Assembly (NCBI GenBank): GCA_019244185.1
Contig: JAFATB010000014.1
Span: 576,001-640,000 of the forward strand
DNA: 64,000 bases
Source: Acidobacteriota bacterium
Lineage (GTDB): Bacteria; Acidobacteriota; Thermoanaerobaculia; Gp7-AA8
Direction: 5' to 3'
Part shown: piece after piece, positions 30,001-38,300 of the stretch
How positions within the stretch are numbered: the first letter of the stretch is position 1
Layout of the letters: each line of letters opens with the position of its first letter
Notes under the pieces: model-generated
What the model was told of the DNA's origin: nothing
Database searches by the model: none
The model's input: only the letters and a program-made list of their open reading frames with translations
Program-made: the position numbers and the translations under genes

Positions 30001-32124
30001 GTCGGCGGCGCGGGTCTCATCATGACGAACGTCACCGGTGACCTCAGCTTCAACGATCTCGACATCGTGGCCGACAACGGCACGGCGCTGCGCGCCACCA
30101 GCGGCGCCACGTTCAATTCCGGCGCCGGCGCCGGCTTCCAGATCGCGGTCACGTCCGGCGCGGGCACGATGACGTCCACGAACGGAGCCGCGGTCGACCT
30201 CACGACCGTCACGGCGTCGCTGCCGCTCGGCGTCATCAGCAGCACCACCAGCACGGGCACGGGCGTCAACCTCGACACCGTCCTCGGCACGTTCTCCGCG
30301 GCCTCCGGCAGCGCGATCAGCAACGCCACCGGCACCGACTTCAACATCAACGCCGGCAACGCCAACGTGACGTACAACGGCACGATCACCGATACCAGCG
30401 GCCGCGTCGTCGCGATTGCGAGCTCCACCGGCGGCACCAAGCAGTTCACCGGCGCGATCACGAACAACGGCGGCACCGGCATCTCGCTCACGAACAATAC
30501 CGGTACGACGATGACCTTCAACGGCGGCGTCGTCCTGTCGACCGGCTCGAGCGACGCCTTCACGGCGACGGGCGGCGGTACGGTGAGCGTCTGCGACGAG
30601 GCGGCCTGCAACGCGGCCGTGGGCGGCGCGCTGGTCAACACGTTGACCACCACGACGGGCATCGCGCTCAACGTCGCCAACACCACCATCGGCGCCGGCG
30701 GCCTCGAGTTCCGCAGCATCAACGCGGGCACGGCCGCCAGCGGTCCGGCCAGCGGCATCATCCTGAACACCACCGGCGCCACCGCGGGGCTCACCGTGCG
30801 CGCGAACGGCGGTACCTGCAGCAGCGCGGGTACGTGCACGGGCGGTGCGATTCAGCACACCACCAGTCACGGCATCTCGCTCAACAGCACGCTCTCGCCG
30901 ACGTTCGACCGCATGTTCATCGACACCACCGGCGGCAGCGGCGTCAACGGCCAGACGGTGACGAACTTCACCTTCACCAACGGCGTGATCAGCAACTCCG
31001 GCAACGCCCTCGGCGAGTCGAACATCGCGTTCAACGGCAGCGGCGCGCTGTCGGGCAACAACATCTCCGGCACGCTCACCGTCACCAACAGCACGCTGAC
31101 GAATGCGTTCGACGACGGCATCGACGTCACCAACGACGCGGGCACGATCTCCAATGCGGTGATCACCGGCAACACGCTGACCAGCACCACCAGCTCGGCC
31201 ACGTCGCAGAACGACGCGATTCACCTCATCGGCATCGGCAACGGCACCACCGCCTCCTCGCTCACCAAGGCCACCATCGACAGCAACACCATCCGCAACT
31301 TCCCCGGCGGCGGTGGCATCCAGGTGAGCTATGGCAACGCCAGCGTGACCGGACCGGGCGGCTCTGCCGGTACGGCGGGTAACGCGACGAACATCATCAA
31401 CATCACCAACAACACGGTGCAGGGTCAGAGCGCGGCCGCCCGCATGAACACCAGCGCGATCATGATCCAGATCAACGGCGGCAACTCCGGCAACCGCTCG
31501 CAGGGCAACTTCAACGTGTCGAACAACGGCACGGTTGCGAACCCGCTCGGCAACACGGACGGCACGGTCATCCTCGTCGGCAACAACGGCTACGCGACGA
31601 TGACCGGCACGATCAGCGGCAACCGCATCGTCGCCAACAACACCGTCGCGTCGAACGGCATCGGCGGCGGCAACGGCGTGAGCGTCGGTACGTCGGACAC
31701 CCCGCTGCTCACGCTGACGGTGAGCAGCAACAACATCAGCGCCACGGACGGCAACGGCATTCTGCTCGTCAGCCGCGGCGTGACCGGCCAGGCCAACCTG
31801 ACCATCACCAGCAACACCGTCGCCGCGCCGCTCAGCGGCAATCGCGAAGGCATCCGCGTGGATGCGGGCAACGCCGCTTCGGTCGACGACGCGGTCTGCC
31901 TCGACATCCGCAGCAACACCAGCGCCGGCAGCGGCGTGGCCACGGGTATCGGTCTGCGCAAGCAGGGCACGAGCAGCACCGTCAACGACTTCGGCATCGA
32001 GGGGATGGCCGCGACGGCGACTCCGGGCGTCGAGTCTTACGTCAACGGCAACAACCCCGCGGGCGGCGGCACGGAGCTCATCTCCGGCACGTCCGGCTTC
32101 GTGAGCTGCAACAGCGCTCCGTAA
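21052..32124 (+). CDS. Giant secreted adhesin A (~3690 aa): Ig-like (Big_9/tandem-95)/cadherin domains, 13 tandem repeats, C-terminal beta-helix
   Basis: Signal peptide ending AHA; DGSFTY and NDAP motifs; cadherin PENSP..AINATSG; right-handed beta-helix-like C-terminus. Confidence 0.9.
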   Translation: MMALRRLRLALILSAIVWVPLAHAATSDYRVLIDADNNAATGCFVGAIPGIDQVLTTRVTTTDTDGSVTLTQRQVCSTGVLGAPITISTTPWPAGFNASSGSLLIETRIPYSAFSGGVAPEVMHLYFDGTLGVANQIVTTKPNGDPILYPTAPAGRRHSVHVGDPRMITLDGLATDWGMISPLVEGLASGGTQALRLIKIYAFSNPNDGFIYFRFDANISTNSPFAADDTYSRAHGAGLTVPAPGVLANDGDPNGAPLTASPVGSPARGTVTLNPDGSFTYAPDDPTSNTADSFDYKASNGSKDSNVAHVTIKVSTSTNTAPHANADSYSTTEDVPLVVPPPGVLANDHDDESDPLTVTLGANATHGDVVLQANGGFTYTPDANYFGADSFTYTVSDGHATATATVTIAVTSVNDPPKVTDAAFSIPENSPNGTAVGTVHVTDNDVADSHTFSITAGNTGNAFAINATSGAITVANTTALNFETTPSFTLTVHVVDNGVPNKSDNGTVTITLTDVNDKPVAQPDSYTIGEDGTLTVPAPGVLANDSDQDAGTTLTAVQNVAPLHAASFALNADGSFTYVPAANYNGTDSFSYHAHDGSLDSDVVLVTITITPVNDTPSFTGSGDVSSPEDVAYSATWATAISKGPSDENAQTLTFNVSNDANALFSVQPAIAADGTLTFTPAPNAVGLAHVTVTLSDNGDGANTSAPVNFTINITAVNDAPVLTAGGASPAFTEDGAPVAIDPSISVSDVDDANLESATITITNLLDSGSETLAANTAGTSITAVYSAPTLTLSGSDTLANYQQVLRSITYANSAQDPNTTARSISIVVNDGDVNSNTVTKTMSVTAVNDAPVVTTSGGTTAFVEDSAAVVVDNALTITDVDSTTLTGATVTISNLLDSGAETLAAPTLVGGVTAVYVAPTLTFTGTATLAQYETMLRAVTYNDAANAPNTTARIISFQVNDGAAANNLSNVATKNVSVTPTNDAPVLVAGHTVAYTENGSPVTLEPALTITDPDSATMQSAAVLVSGNAGAGDVLACPACGTTVPGITAIFSSGTLQLSGVDTLANYQTALRSVTYANASDAPSTAQRGIDWFVTDAGGLQSQDDAQNDTLVNVTAVNDAPVVTTSGGTTAFVEDAGPVAVDSGLTVTDVDSTTLTGATVTITNVLDGAAEALAAPSLLGGVTASYNAGVLTLSGTTTLANYQAMLRAVTYDNASDTPATTSRTIAFQVNDGGAVNNLSTVANQTVSVTPTNDAPVVTTTGTTSAFTEDGSPVAVDGGVTISDVDSANLTGATVTITNLLDSGAETLAAPTLLGGVTASYVAPTLTLTGTATLAQYQTMLRAVTYTNSSNDPTTTTRVISFQVNDGGAVNNLSNTATKNVSITASNDASVVTTSGGTSAFVEDSPAVVVDGSVSVTDIDSTTLTGATVTITNLLDGSAESLAAPTLLGGVTASYNAGTLTFSGTTSLANYQTMLRAVTYDNSSNAPSTTARVIAFQVNDGGAVNNLSNVANKSVSVTATNDAPVVTPTGTTTPFTEDGGAVAVDSGVSVSDVDSANLTSATVTITNLLDSGAETLAAPTLLGGVTASYVAPTLTLTGTATVAQYQTMLRAVTYNNSSNNPTTTTRVLNFQVNDGGAVNNLSNVGAKNVSITAVNDAPVVTTTGGSSAFVEDSPAVAVDNGLTITDIDSTNLTGATVTITNLLDGVAESLTATSLVGGVTANYVGGVLTFTGTTSLANYQSMLRAVTYNNTSNTPNVTARVIAFQVNDGGAANNLSNVATKTVSVTATNDAPVVTTTAAITSFTEGAGAVAIDSLVAVTDVDSPTLGSAVITITNLQDAGLETLAAPTLLGGVTASYVAPTLTLTGTATVAQYQTMLQAITYNNSSNAPNTTNRSVSYQVNDGSANSNVATKTVSVTSVNSVPVVTTSAGTSAFVEDAAPVVVDAGVTVTDPDTATLASATVTIANLLDSGAETLAAPTLLGGVTASYVAPTLTLTGTATLAQYQTMLRAVTYNNASNTPNVTVRTINFQVDDGQSTNHQSAVASKSVSVTPSNDAPVVTTSGGTAAFTEDGGAVAVDNGVTVTDVDSGTLASATITITNLLDSGAETLAAPTLLGGATASYVAPTLTITGVTTLSNYQTMLRAVTYNNTSQNPNGTTRTISFTVNDGAANSNTATRGVTVASVNDAPVVTTSGGTSAFVEDSPAIAVDNALTVTDVDSANLTGATVTITNLLDAGAETLAAPTLLAGATASYVAPTLTISGTATLAQYQTMLRAVTYNNSSNTPSTTNRSISFQVNDGAGVNNLSNVASKTVSITPTNDPPVLTVSGSLSYTENQAPAALGVTASVTDVDSTNITSATVTISAGFQSGADVLGFTTQNGITGNYVAPTLTLSGSATLAQYAAALQSVTYQNTSDDPTTAARTVTFQVNDGSANSNTQTSTISVTATNDPPVNNVPTNAQSVNEDTPLTFTGAGNIVSITDPDAQSGNISVEIKTTNGTTTIVTPTGLTFAPPAGNGTADYTISGTLANVNASLATLRFNPTADFPFAAASGTASIQLITTDNGNTPAPAKGDDDTFNITVNQVNDPPTAGSDTFDTIGNTELRVDIGVAGTTPNVVKTSVTTLKGVLGNDSDNPNENNPFTVTSIVGCADMSNCTLASGSIVSMNSNGTFTFKPSPTIPTGAPASDTFQYVITDQPAGGTPQTATGTVTIHIFDKVWYVKEGGTGNGRSDSPLGAFTTLNGAGGAGDVDAAGDYIFVQRNSTNPVNGPIELEANQHLLGEGVGLSIPRALNGNASPVNLVAAGTKPPIASASDAVQIKAAMPVEVRGLDISASGGNDVDLTATGAFSGSPTLTISDNVFTTASAEDVDVNAGATGTLGLTIQNNSWGTGAHGNNGIDIRTTAANTLNLLVANNTGIGVTGTGILIDGSGATVTITDFSSNTITGATGGTGISINNAKFDQTPTGGFQAVSGGTTTIGVTGNGVGGAGLIMTNVTGDLSFNDLDIVADNGTALRATSGATFNSGAGAGFQIAVTSGAGTMTSTNGAAVDLTTVTASLPLGVISSTTSTGTGVNLDTVLGTFSAASGSAISNATGTDFNINAGNANVTYNGTITDTSGRVVAIASSTGGTKQFTGAITNNGGTGISLTNNTGTTMTFNGGVVLSTGSSDAFTATGGGTVSVCDEAACNAAVGGALVNTLTTTTGIALNVANTTIGAGGLEFRSINAGTAASGPASGIILNTTGATAGLTVRANGGTCSSAGTCTGGAIQHTTSHGISLNSTLSPTFDRMFIDTTGGSGVNGQTVTNFTFTNGVISNSGNALGESNIAFNGSGALSGNNISGTLTVTNSTLTNAFDDGIDVTNDAGTISNAVITGNTLTSTTSSATSQNDAIHLIGIGNGTTASSLTKATIDSNTIRNFPGGGGIQVSYGNASVTGPGGSAGTAGNATNIINITNNTVQGQSAAARMNTSAIMIQINGGNSGNRSQGNFNVSNNGTVANPLGNTDGTVILVGNNGYATMTGTISGNRIVANNTVASNGIGGGNGVSVGTSDTPLLTLTVSSNNISATDGNGILLVSRGVTGQANLTITSNTVAAPLSGNREGIRVDAGNAASVDDAVCLDIRSNTSAGSGVATGIGLRKQGTSSTVNDFGIEGMAATATPGVESYVNGNNPAGGGTELISGTSGFVSCNSAP
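23203..28392 (+). repeat. 13 intragenic tandem repeats, ~133 aa each
   Basis: NDAPVVT...F[TV]ED...DVDS...LRAVTY...FQVNDG units about 393-408 nt apart. Confidence 0.92.
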
Positions 32125-32145
32125 ATCTCTCTACTCGCTGTATCG

Positions 32146-32182
32146 AAAAGGCCCTGCGCGGATCCGCGCAGGGCCTTTTTTT
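32146..32182 (+). terminator. Intrinsic (possibly bidirectional) terminator
   Basis: Perfect palindrome AAAAGGCCCTGCGCGGATCCGCGCAGGGCCTTTT with a T7 run, 21 nt after the stop of adhesin A. Confidence 0.9.
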
Positions 32183-32386
32183 ACGTCTGCGCTGACAGCG
32201 GCAAATGAACGCTTGCGCATGGGTGGAACAGACGTTAAATTGTCTGGCGATCGTCCGAGAGAGATAACGAAGTCAACGCAGGCAAGTCGCCTTTCCGAGA
32301 CCTTTTTGCGGAACGGCGGTGCGATTCATTCACGGTCCAACGGTTACGAACAAACGTTTCCTGCAGCGATCCGGAGGGGTTTCCGT

Positions 32387-35300
32387 ATGCGTTCCCTGTC
32401 ATTGCGGCTTTTGCTCTCGTTGCTGTCTCTGATCGCCGTGCCGGTCGCATTCGCGCACGACGTGACGATCAGCGGAACCAACTCGTTCGCGGCTCTCGAC
32501 GGCTCTGCCGTCGACCACGATCACGCCGTCAACGGCGTCTTCACCGTGAACGACGGCAACCTGATCGTGAACGGCACCGTCAACTGCAATGACGACGGCG
32601 CCTCCGCCAACAGCGCGTGCGCGATGGCGTTCGTCGTCAGCGGCAACGTCACGATCAACGCGGGCGGCGCGCTCTACGCGGAGAACCGCGCAGGAAACGG
32701 CTCCGGCGGCGCGATCTCGGTCAGCGCCGGCGGGAGCCTCACGCTGAACGGCAACGCGATCATCTCCGCGTCGTCGAACGGCGGCTCCTCCACCTCGAAC
32801 GGCGGCAACGTCAGCATCACCGCGGGCGCCGTGACGCTCGGCTCGACGAGCACGATCGACGCCGGCGCGTCGGGCGGCCAGGCCGGCAGCATCACCATCG
32901 GCGCGGGCGGCGTCGTCACCATCGCCGGCAACGTCCTCTCCGGTCCGAGCCGCGCGCTCCTCGCCACGCGCCTCACCGGCGCGGTGCTGAACGGCGGCGG
33001 CGGGAACCAGAGCGGCGGCGCGATCACCATCGCCACCACGACCTTCATCGAGCCCGCGCTCGTCGTCTCCTCCACCGCAAACATCGTGTCGCAGGGTGAG
33101 AAGAACGGCGCCGGCAACGTCACCCTCGATGCGTGCGGCATCGAGATCCGAGGACTCGTCGCAGCGGTGTCGACCAAGGATCTGCCGGCGCATGTGATCG
33201 TGCGTTCCGGCAAGAGCCTCCTCGTCGATGGCCGCGACCTCGGCGCGACCGGCACGCGCATGGGCCGCGTTCGCGCGGACGCGCTCAACGACGGCGCGAC
33301 CGACGACGGCGTCGATCTCTTCGCGCGCGGCGACGTCTCCGTCTACGGCCCGCTCACCGGCTCGCTCTTCGTCGTCAGCTCCGTTCCGGGCGGCAAGGTG
33401 AAGAAGGACGGCTCCGGCACGATCCGCGTCGTCTCGCTCGAGGGCGCCGCCACCGTCTCCGGCAAGGCGTTCATCGCAGGCATCGACGGCAAGGGCACGC
33501 GCGGCGGCACGATCTCGATCGACAGCGCCGGCACGGCCACGCTCGACACCGCCACCCTCGTCGCCATCGGCGACTACACGAAACCGAAGAAGCAGAGCGC
33601 CGGCGGCCACATCGCCGTCCGCTCGTACAGCGGCGACGTCCTCTGGCGCAACGGCACCGGCGACATCCGCCCGGTCGGCTCCGATGCCGACGTGCCTCCC
33701 GCGGATCAGGGCACGATCGTCCTCACCGCATGCGGCACCGTGAACACGACCGGCTCGTCGTTCCCGACCACCGGCGTCGCCACGAGCGTCTTCCCGCAGA
33801 CGCAGACCGGCGTCTGCTCGCCGGCCGCGCCGTCGCTGCCCGCCGGCACGCCGCCGCTCGTCACGTGCAATACGCCGCCCGTCGCGAACGACACGAGCGC
33901 CTCGACGAACGAGGACAACGCCGTCACCGTGCACCTCAGCGGCAGCGACGCCGACGGCGACTCGCTCACGTTCTCCATCGTCACCCCGCCTGCGCACGGC
34001 TCCCTCGGCGCGGTCGTCTCCACCGGACCGACCACCGCCGACGTCACCTACACGCCGGCGCTCAACTACAACGGCAGCGACAGCTTCGTCTATCGCGCCA
34101 ACGACGGCAACGGCGGCACCGACGACGCGAACGCGACGATCACCATCGCGCCCGTCAACGACCCGCCGTCGTTCCTCGCCGGTCCCACCGTCACCGTGCT
34201 CGAAGACTCGGGCCCGAAGACGGTCGTGAGCTGGGCGACGTCGATCTCGCCCGGTCCCGCCGACGAGTCGGCGCAGAGCGTGACCTTCACCGTCACCAAC
34301 GACAACAACGCGCTCTTCGCCGTGCAGCCGGCCGTCGCGCCGAACGGCACGCTCACGTTCACGCCGGCCGCGAACGCGTACGGCTCCGCGACCATCACCA
34401 TCGTCGCGCACGACAACGGCGGCACCGCGAACGGCGGCAACGACACCTCCGCGCCGCAGACGAGCACGATCACCGTCACCGCCGTCAACGACCCGCCGTC
34501 GTTCACCGCCGGTCCGAACCAGACCGTGAACGAGGACTCAGGCGCGCAGAGCGTCGCGAATTGGGCGACGTCGATCTCGGCCGGTCCGAACGAATCGGGG
34601 CAGGCGCTCACGTTCCACGTCTCGAACGACAACAACGCGCTCTTCAGCGCGCAGCCGGCCGTTTCGCCGAGCGGCACGCTCACGTACACGCCTGCCGCGA
34701 ACGCGAACGGCACCGCCATCGTGACCGTCTATCTGCAGGATGACGGCGGCACCGCGAATGGCGGCGTCGACACCTCCGCGACGCAGACGTTCACCATCAC
34801 CGTCAACGCCGTCAACGACGAGCCGTCCTTCACCAGCGGCGGCAACGTCAGCGTGCTCGAAGACTCCGGCGCGTACAGCGCGCCGTGGGCGACCTCGATC
34901 AGCGCCGGCCCCGCCGACGAGAGCGGCCAGACGGTCACCTTCTCGACGTCGAACGACAACCACGCGCTCTTCAGCGTGCAGCCGTCCGTCGCGTCGAACG
35001 GCGTGCTGTCGTTCACTCCCGCCGCGAACGCCTTCGGCACCGCCACGGTCACCGTGACGCTGTCGGACAACGGCGGCACCGCGAACGGCGGCGACGACAC
35101 CTCGCCGTCGCAGACGTTCACCATCACCGTGAACGCCGTCAACGACGAGCCGTCCTTCACCAGCGGCGGCAACATCAGCGTGCTCGAAGACTCCGGCGCG
35201 TATTCGGCGCCGTGGGCCACCGGCATCAGCGCCGGTCCGAACGAGTCGGCGCAGGCGCTCACGTTCCACGCCTCGAACGACAACAACGCGCTCTTCAGCG

Positions 35301-38300
35301 TGCAGCCGAGCATCGCGCCAGACGGCACGCTCACGTTCACGCCGGCCGCGAATGCGAACGGCACCGCCACGGTAACCGTCTATCTGACGGATGACGGTGG
35401 CACCGCGAACGGCGGCGACGACACCTCGCCCTCGCAGACCTTCACCATCAACGTCACGGCCGTCAACGACGCGCCGTCGTTCACGAGCGGCGGCAACGTG
35501 ACGGTGAACGAAGACTCCGGCGCGTACAGCGCGCCGTGGGCCACGTCGATCAGCGCCGGCCCCGCCGACGAGTCGGGCCAGACGCTCACGTTCCACGTCA
35601 CGGGCAACAGCAATCCGTCGCTCTTCTCCGTGGCGCCGTCCATCGCGCCCGACGGCACGCTGACGTTCACGCCGGCCGCGAACGCGTTCGGCAGCTCCAC
35701 CATCACCGTGACGCTCTCCGACGACGGCATGACCGCCAACGGCGGCGCCGACACGAGCGCGCCGCAGTCGTTCACGATCACCGTGAACAACGTCAACGAC
35801 GAGCCGAGCTTCACCGCCGGCGGCAACGTCACCGTCAACGAAGACTCCGGTGCGTACTCCGCGGCGTGGGCGACGGGCATCAGCGCCGGTCCGAACGAGG
35901 GCTCGCAGACGCTGACGTTCCACGTCTCGAACGACAACAACGCGCTCTTCGCCGCGCAGCCCGCGATCAGCGCGAGCGGCGTGCTCACCTTCACGCCGGC
36001 GTCGAACGCGTTCGGCACCGCCACCGTAACCGTCTATCTGCAGGATGACGGTGGCACGGCGAACGGCGGCGACGACACGTCCGCCAGCGTCACGTTCCAG
36101 ATCACCATCAACCCCGTGAACGACGCGCCGTCGTTCAACTCCGGCGGCGACGTGACGGTCAACGAAGACAGCGGCGCGTACACCGCGCCGTGGGCCACGT
36201 CCGTCAGCGCCGGCCCGGCCAACGAGTCCGGCCAGACGCTCGCCTTCGTCATCACCGGCAACACCAATCCGTCGCTCTTCGCCGCCGGTCCATCCATCGC
36301 GCCCGACGGCACGCTGACGTTCACGCCGGCCGCGAACGCCTTCGGCTCCGCGGCCATCACCGTGCACCTGCAGGACGACGGCGGTACCGCAAACGGCGGC
36401 GCCGACACCTCGGGCTCCGTGACCTTCAACATCAACGTCACCTCCGTCAACGATCCGCCGTCGTTCACCGCCGGCGGCAATGTGACGGTCAACGAAGACA
36501 GCGGCCCGTACTCGGCGACGTGGGCGACGAGCATCTCCGCCGGCCCGGGCGAGTCGCAGCCGCTGACTTTCAACGTCAGCAACGACAACAACGCGCTCTT
36601 CGCCGTCCAGCCCGCGATCAGCCCGAGCGGCGTGCTGACGTTCACGCCCGCGCCGAACGCGTTCGGCTCCGCGAATGTCACCGTCACGCTCTCCGACGGC
36701 ATCGACACGACCTCGCCGGTGACCTTCGTCATCACGGTCAACGGCGTCAACGATCCGCCGACCGCGAACAACGATACGTGGGAGACGGAAGGCAACACCG
36801 AACTGCGCGTCGACGTCGGCCCGTCCGCGACGCCGCATGTCTCGGATACGACGCCCTCCGGCCGAGGCGTTGCCGACAATGACGCCGACACGGTGGAAGG
36901 CGATCCGTTCAGCGTCACCGGCATCGTCGGCTGCGCCGACACCACCGCGCCGTACGTCTGCAGCGTCGCCGGCGGTACGGTCACGATGAATGCGAACGGC
37001 AGCTTCTCCTTCATGCCGTCGCCTGGCGCGACCAGCGCTACGTTCCAGTACACCGTCACCGACCAGCCCGCGGCAGGCATCCCCGCCAGCGCCACCGGCA
37101 CGGTCACGATCACGATCCACGACATGATCTGGTACGTGAACGGCGGCGCTCCCGCGGGCGGCAACGGCACGTCCGCCTCGCCGTTCAACTCGTTCGCGCC
37201 GCTCAACGGCGGCGGCGACGCCGACGTCGCGGGCGACTACATCTTCGTGCACGCCTCCACCGTCAACGGCGGCATCGCGCTCGAGCCGAACGAGAAGCTG
37301 TGGGGCGAGGGCGTCGGTCTCATCATTCCGCGCAATCTCAACGGCAACGGCTCGCCGACGACGCTCGTCGCGCCCGGCGTGAAGCCGCTAATCGCCGCCT
37401 CGGTCGGCAACGCGGTCGACGTGAGCTCCGTGAGCGGCGTCGAGATCGCCGGTCTCGCGCTCTCCGCGCCGACCGGCAACGGCATCGACGTCACCAGCCC
37501 GATCGCCGGCGCTGCCGCGGGTGCGCGCATCTACAGCAACAGCATCACCGCCGCCGGCCAGCAGGGCATCGACATCAGCGCCTTCGGTCCGATCGGCACC
37601 GACGTGTCGATCGACAGCACCTCGATCGTGTCGACCGGCACGGGCATCGCTCTCTTCGGTTCCGACGGCACGGTGACCTTCTCGTGCACCAACACCTCGA
37701 TCCGCTCGATCGCGGGCTCCGGCATTACCGCCGATGCCAGCGCTGCCGACGCGTTCTACGTCACCGGCCTCGCCAACGTCAGCGTCGATGGCGCGACGCC
37801 TGGCGCGGGCATCTCGGTCACCGGCGCGACCTTCGATGCGAATCCGTCGACGGCGGCGTTCGACACCGTCAACACCGGCACGCTCAACATCGGCTCGAGC
37901 GTCGACCCGGTCGGCACTTCGGGTCTCACGCTCACGAATGCGAGCGGTGACGTCGCCATCGGCACGCTCAACTCGTTCGCCGCGACGCAGGCGCTCGGCG
38001 TTGCCGGCAGCGGTCTCTTCACCGGCACGACCGGCCTGCAGCTGACGTCCGGCGGCGGCTCGCTCGCGGCCACCGCGGGCGTCGGTCTCAGCGTCACCAA
38101 CACCACCATCGGCGCGGCGAACCTCTCGTTCACCAGCGTGTCCGCCGCGGGCGCGACCAACGGCATCGTGCTGAACAACACCGGCACCACGGGCGGACTC
38201 AAGGTCCTCGGCACCGGCTCCGCGAACAGCGGCGGCACGATCCAGAACACCACCAGCCACGGCGTCCTGCTGACGAACACCACCGCGCCGTCGTTCAACA

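Noticed and set aside
32183-32386. Possible c-di-GMP riboswitch or sRNA upstream of adhesin B
   Set aside because: Could not match the GEMM consensus or a convincing structure by eye; needs an Infernal scan.
23203-36748. CRISPR-like periodicity
   Set aside because: The repeats are 320-410-nt in-frame coding units without spacers; no cas genes.
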